From: Oikopleura dioica
Taxonomy: Eukaryota; Animalia; Chordata
NCBI GenBank assembly: GCA_907165135.1
Contig: OU015568.1
Span: 7,068,001 to 7,132,000, forward strand
DNA: 64,000 nucleotides
Direction: 5' to 3'
Shown: positions 62,764 through 64,000 of the stretch, in pieces
Position numbering within the stretch: position 1 is the stretch's first letter
Layout: every line of letters starts with the position of its first letter
Made by a program: the position numbers and the translations under genes
The notes under the pieces: model-generated
Database searches by the model: none
What the model was told of the DNA's origin: nothing
The model's input: only the letters and a program-made list of their open reading frames with translations

Positions 62764-64000
62764 GTCTCGTAAAAAATCTCTTCCTTGTTTTCAAAAACGA
62801 GAACGACTATTACTATCTATCCTCCCCTGTATAAAAATCAACATTTCCCCGCTCCCTCCCCTTATTTTAAAAACCGCAAAAAACGCTCACACGCAAACCC
62901 GGATAAATTCCAATTTCCCAAAAGTACAAAATCCCAAAACGCGATAGATCTAACAGTGCAGCCTCTGTCAAAAGAGGAAAAGACCAGTTCTACACTGCCA
63001 GTTCTAGTTCTAGTTCGACTCCACAACCACAACTTTTCCTTCACAAAAGCAAAAGACCAACAATTATAATTAATTAACTTTTTATCTATTTTATTATTTT
63101 CTATCGTGCCATTTTTTAAGCTGTCAACTCATCCCATTCTAGACCAAAAAAACTCCTAAATCTGAACTTTCAAAACTCAAGCTATTCAAAATTCCAAAAA
63201 ATGAACATATTCCGCCCTTTTTTCTAAGTATAAATATTTGGCTAAACTACTGTACAACGGACTGTAGTCGACCTATCAATCTACTATTTTTCATTACACA
63301 GAAACTTTGTTGAGGGTATCTAACTTCTGACTGCATTCGACTAAACTCTAGTTTTCACTCGCCTGAGGGCAGAACGCGAGAATAGCCGCGGGCAGTCGAA
63401 ACTTTGAAAAGTTCCAATTTAGTAGCCCAAAATTTGAACAAATTTACAAAGTTTCGGGTACGCCAATTTTCAATTCTTTCGAATTCTAGAGTTTTAAAGA
63501 AAATACAGTTTCCAGCAGGCTTTTTCCCGGGTTAAAAAATACTTCTATAAATCTCAAAATCTTCAGTCCTAAAAATTTCCCGGGAAAAATCAGCTGTGTT
63601 TTCTTATCAAAACTCTTTGAAAGAAATTTTTATTGATAAAAAATTTTCATGCTTGTTTATTAATAATAAATAGCTTGTTTAAAGTTTAAAATTTAACTGT
63701 TTCTTCATCATCATCAAAAACCATCGCCAAACATTCTGTACATTCATTTTTTTTTCGCTGGCACAATTTTTAATTCAACAATTTTGTTTTTAACAACATC
63801 AAAAACGAAAGAAAGTGAAGAGAAATTTTTATTTTTGCTCGATCCTCAAAATCGTACTAATTTATACTTTTTGCGCGTTGCTAACATTCCCTACCCGTCT
63901 TTTTTATTTTTCTAGGCTTTTTGAATAACGAAAAAAGCGCCTGTCTTCATCAAGTTCGCCTCAAACAAACACGTGACAAATAGACCATGCGTTCCATTTT

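Noticed and set aside
63127-63138. ACTCATCCCATT matches the first 12 nt of the O. dioica spliced leader as I recall it
   Set aside because: The match stops at 12 nt, with no remaining SL exon, donor or Sm site; compatible with chance in a 3' UTR.

Overview
Eukaryotic genomic DNA, not prokaryotic. Genes are densely packed, most introns are about 40-100 nt, several introns have non-canonical GA-AG, GG-AG or GC-AG ends, and co-oriented genes are separated by only 120-360 bp. Together these point to the larvacean tunicate Oikopleura dioica (inference). Gene order from left to right: eight minus-strand genes (PDCD2L-like, ETFB, UQCRH, LCMT1, an ankyrin-repeat gene, a membrane-anchored FABP-like gene, CFAP161, AdipoR/PAQR); Pitx (+), probably with distal N-terminal exons; a 9-kb MITE-rich non-coding tract; a large modular secreted GH9 cellulase (-); a second membrane-anchored FABP-like gene (+); nested MITEs; a furin-type convertase (-); geminin, ARPC1 and a myomesin-like gene (+); and a large acidic MARCKS/AKAP12-like gene (+) with alternative first and last exons. 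Most notable observations: (1) the GH9 enzyme appears fused to CBM2-like and thyroglobulin type-1 modules, and 6 of its about 14 introns are non-canonical; (2) a 175-bp insert with a 12-bp target-site duplication (TSD) carries a minimal hammerhead ribozyme inside a CFAP161 intron; (3) geminin has no D-box but has a Cdt1-like PIP/TD motif; (4) two FABP-like paralogs are type II membrane proteins with an acidic Ser-Gly motif; (5) three alternative first exons predict myristoyl, palmitoyl or no lipid anchor on one protein; (6) a MITE group with CTGG...CCAG ends and 8-bp TSDs carries AP-1 sites. All gene models were assembled by eye from splice signals and remembered family motifs. No database searches were run.
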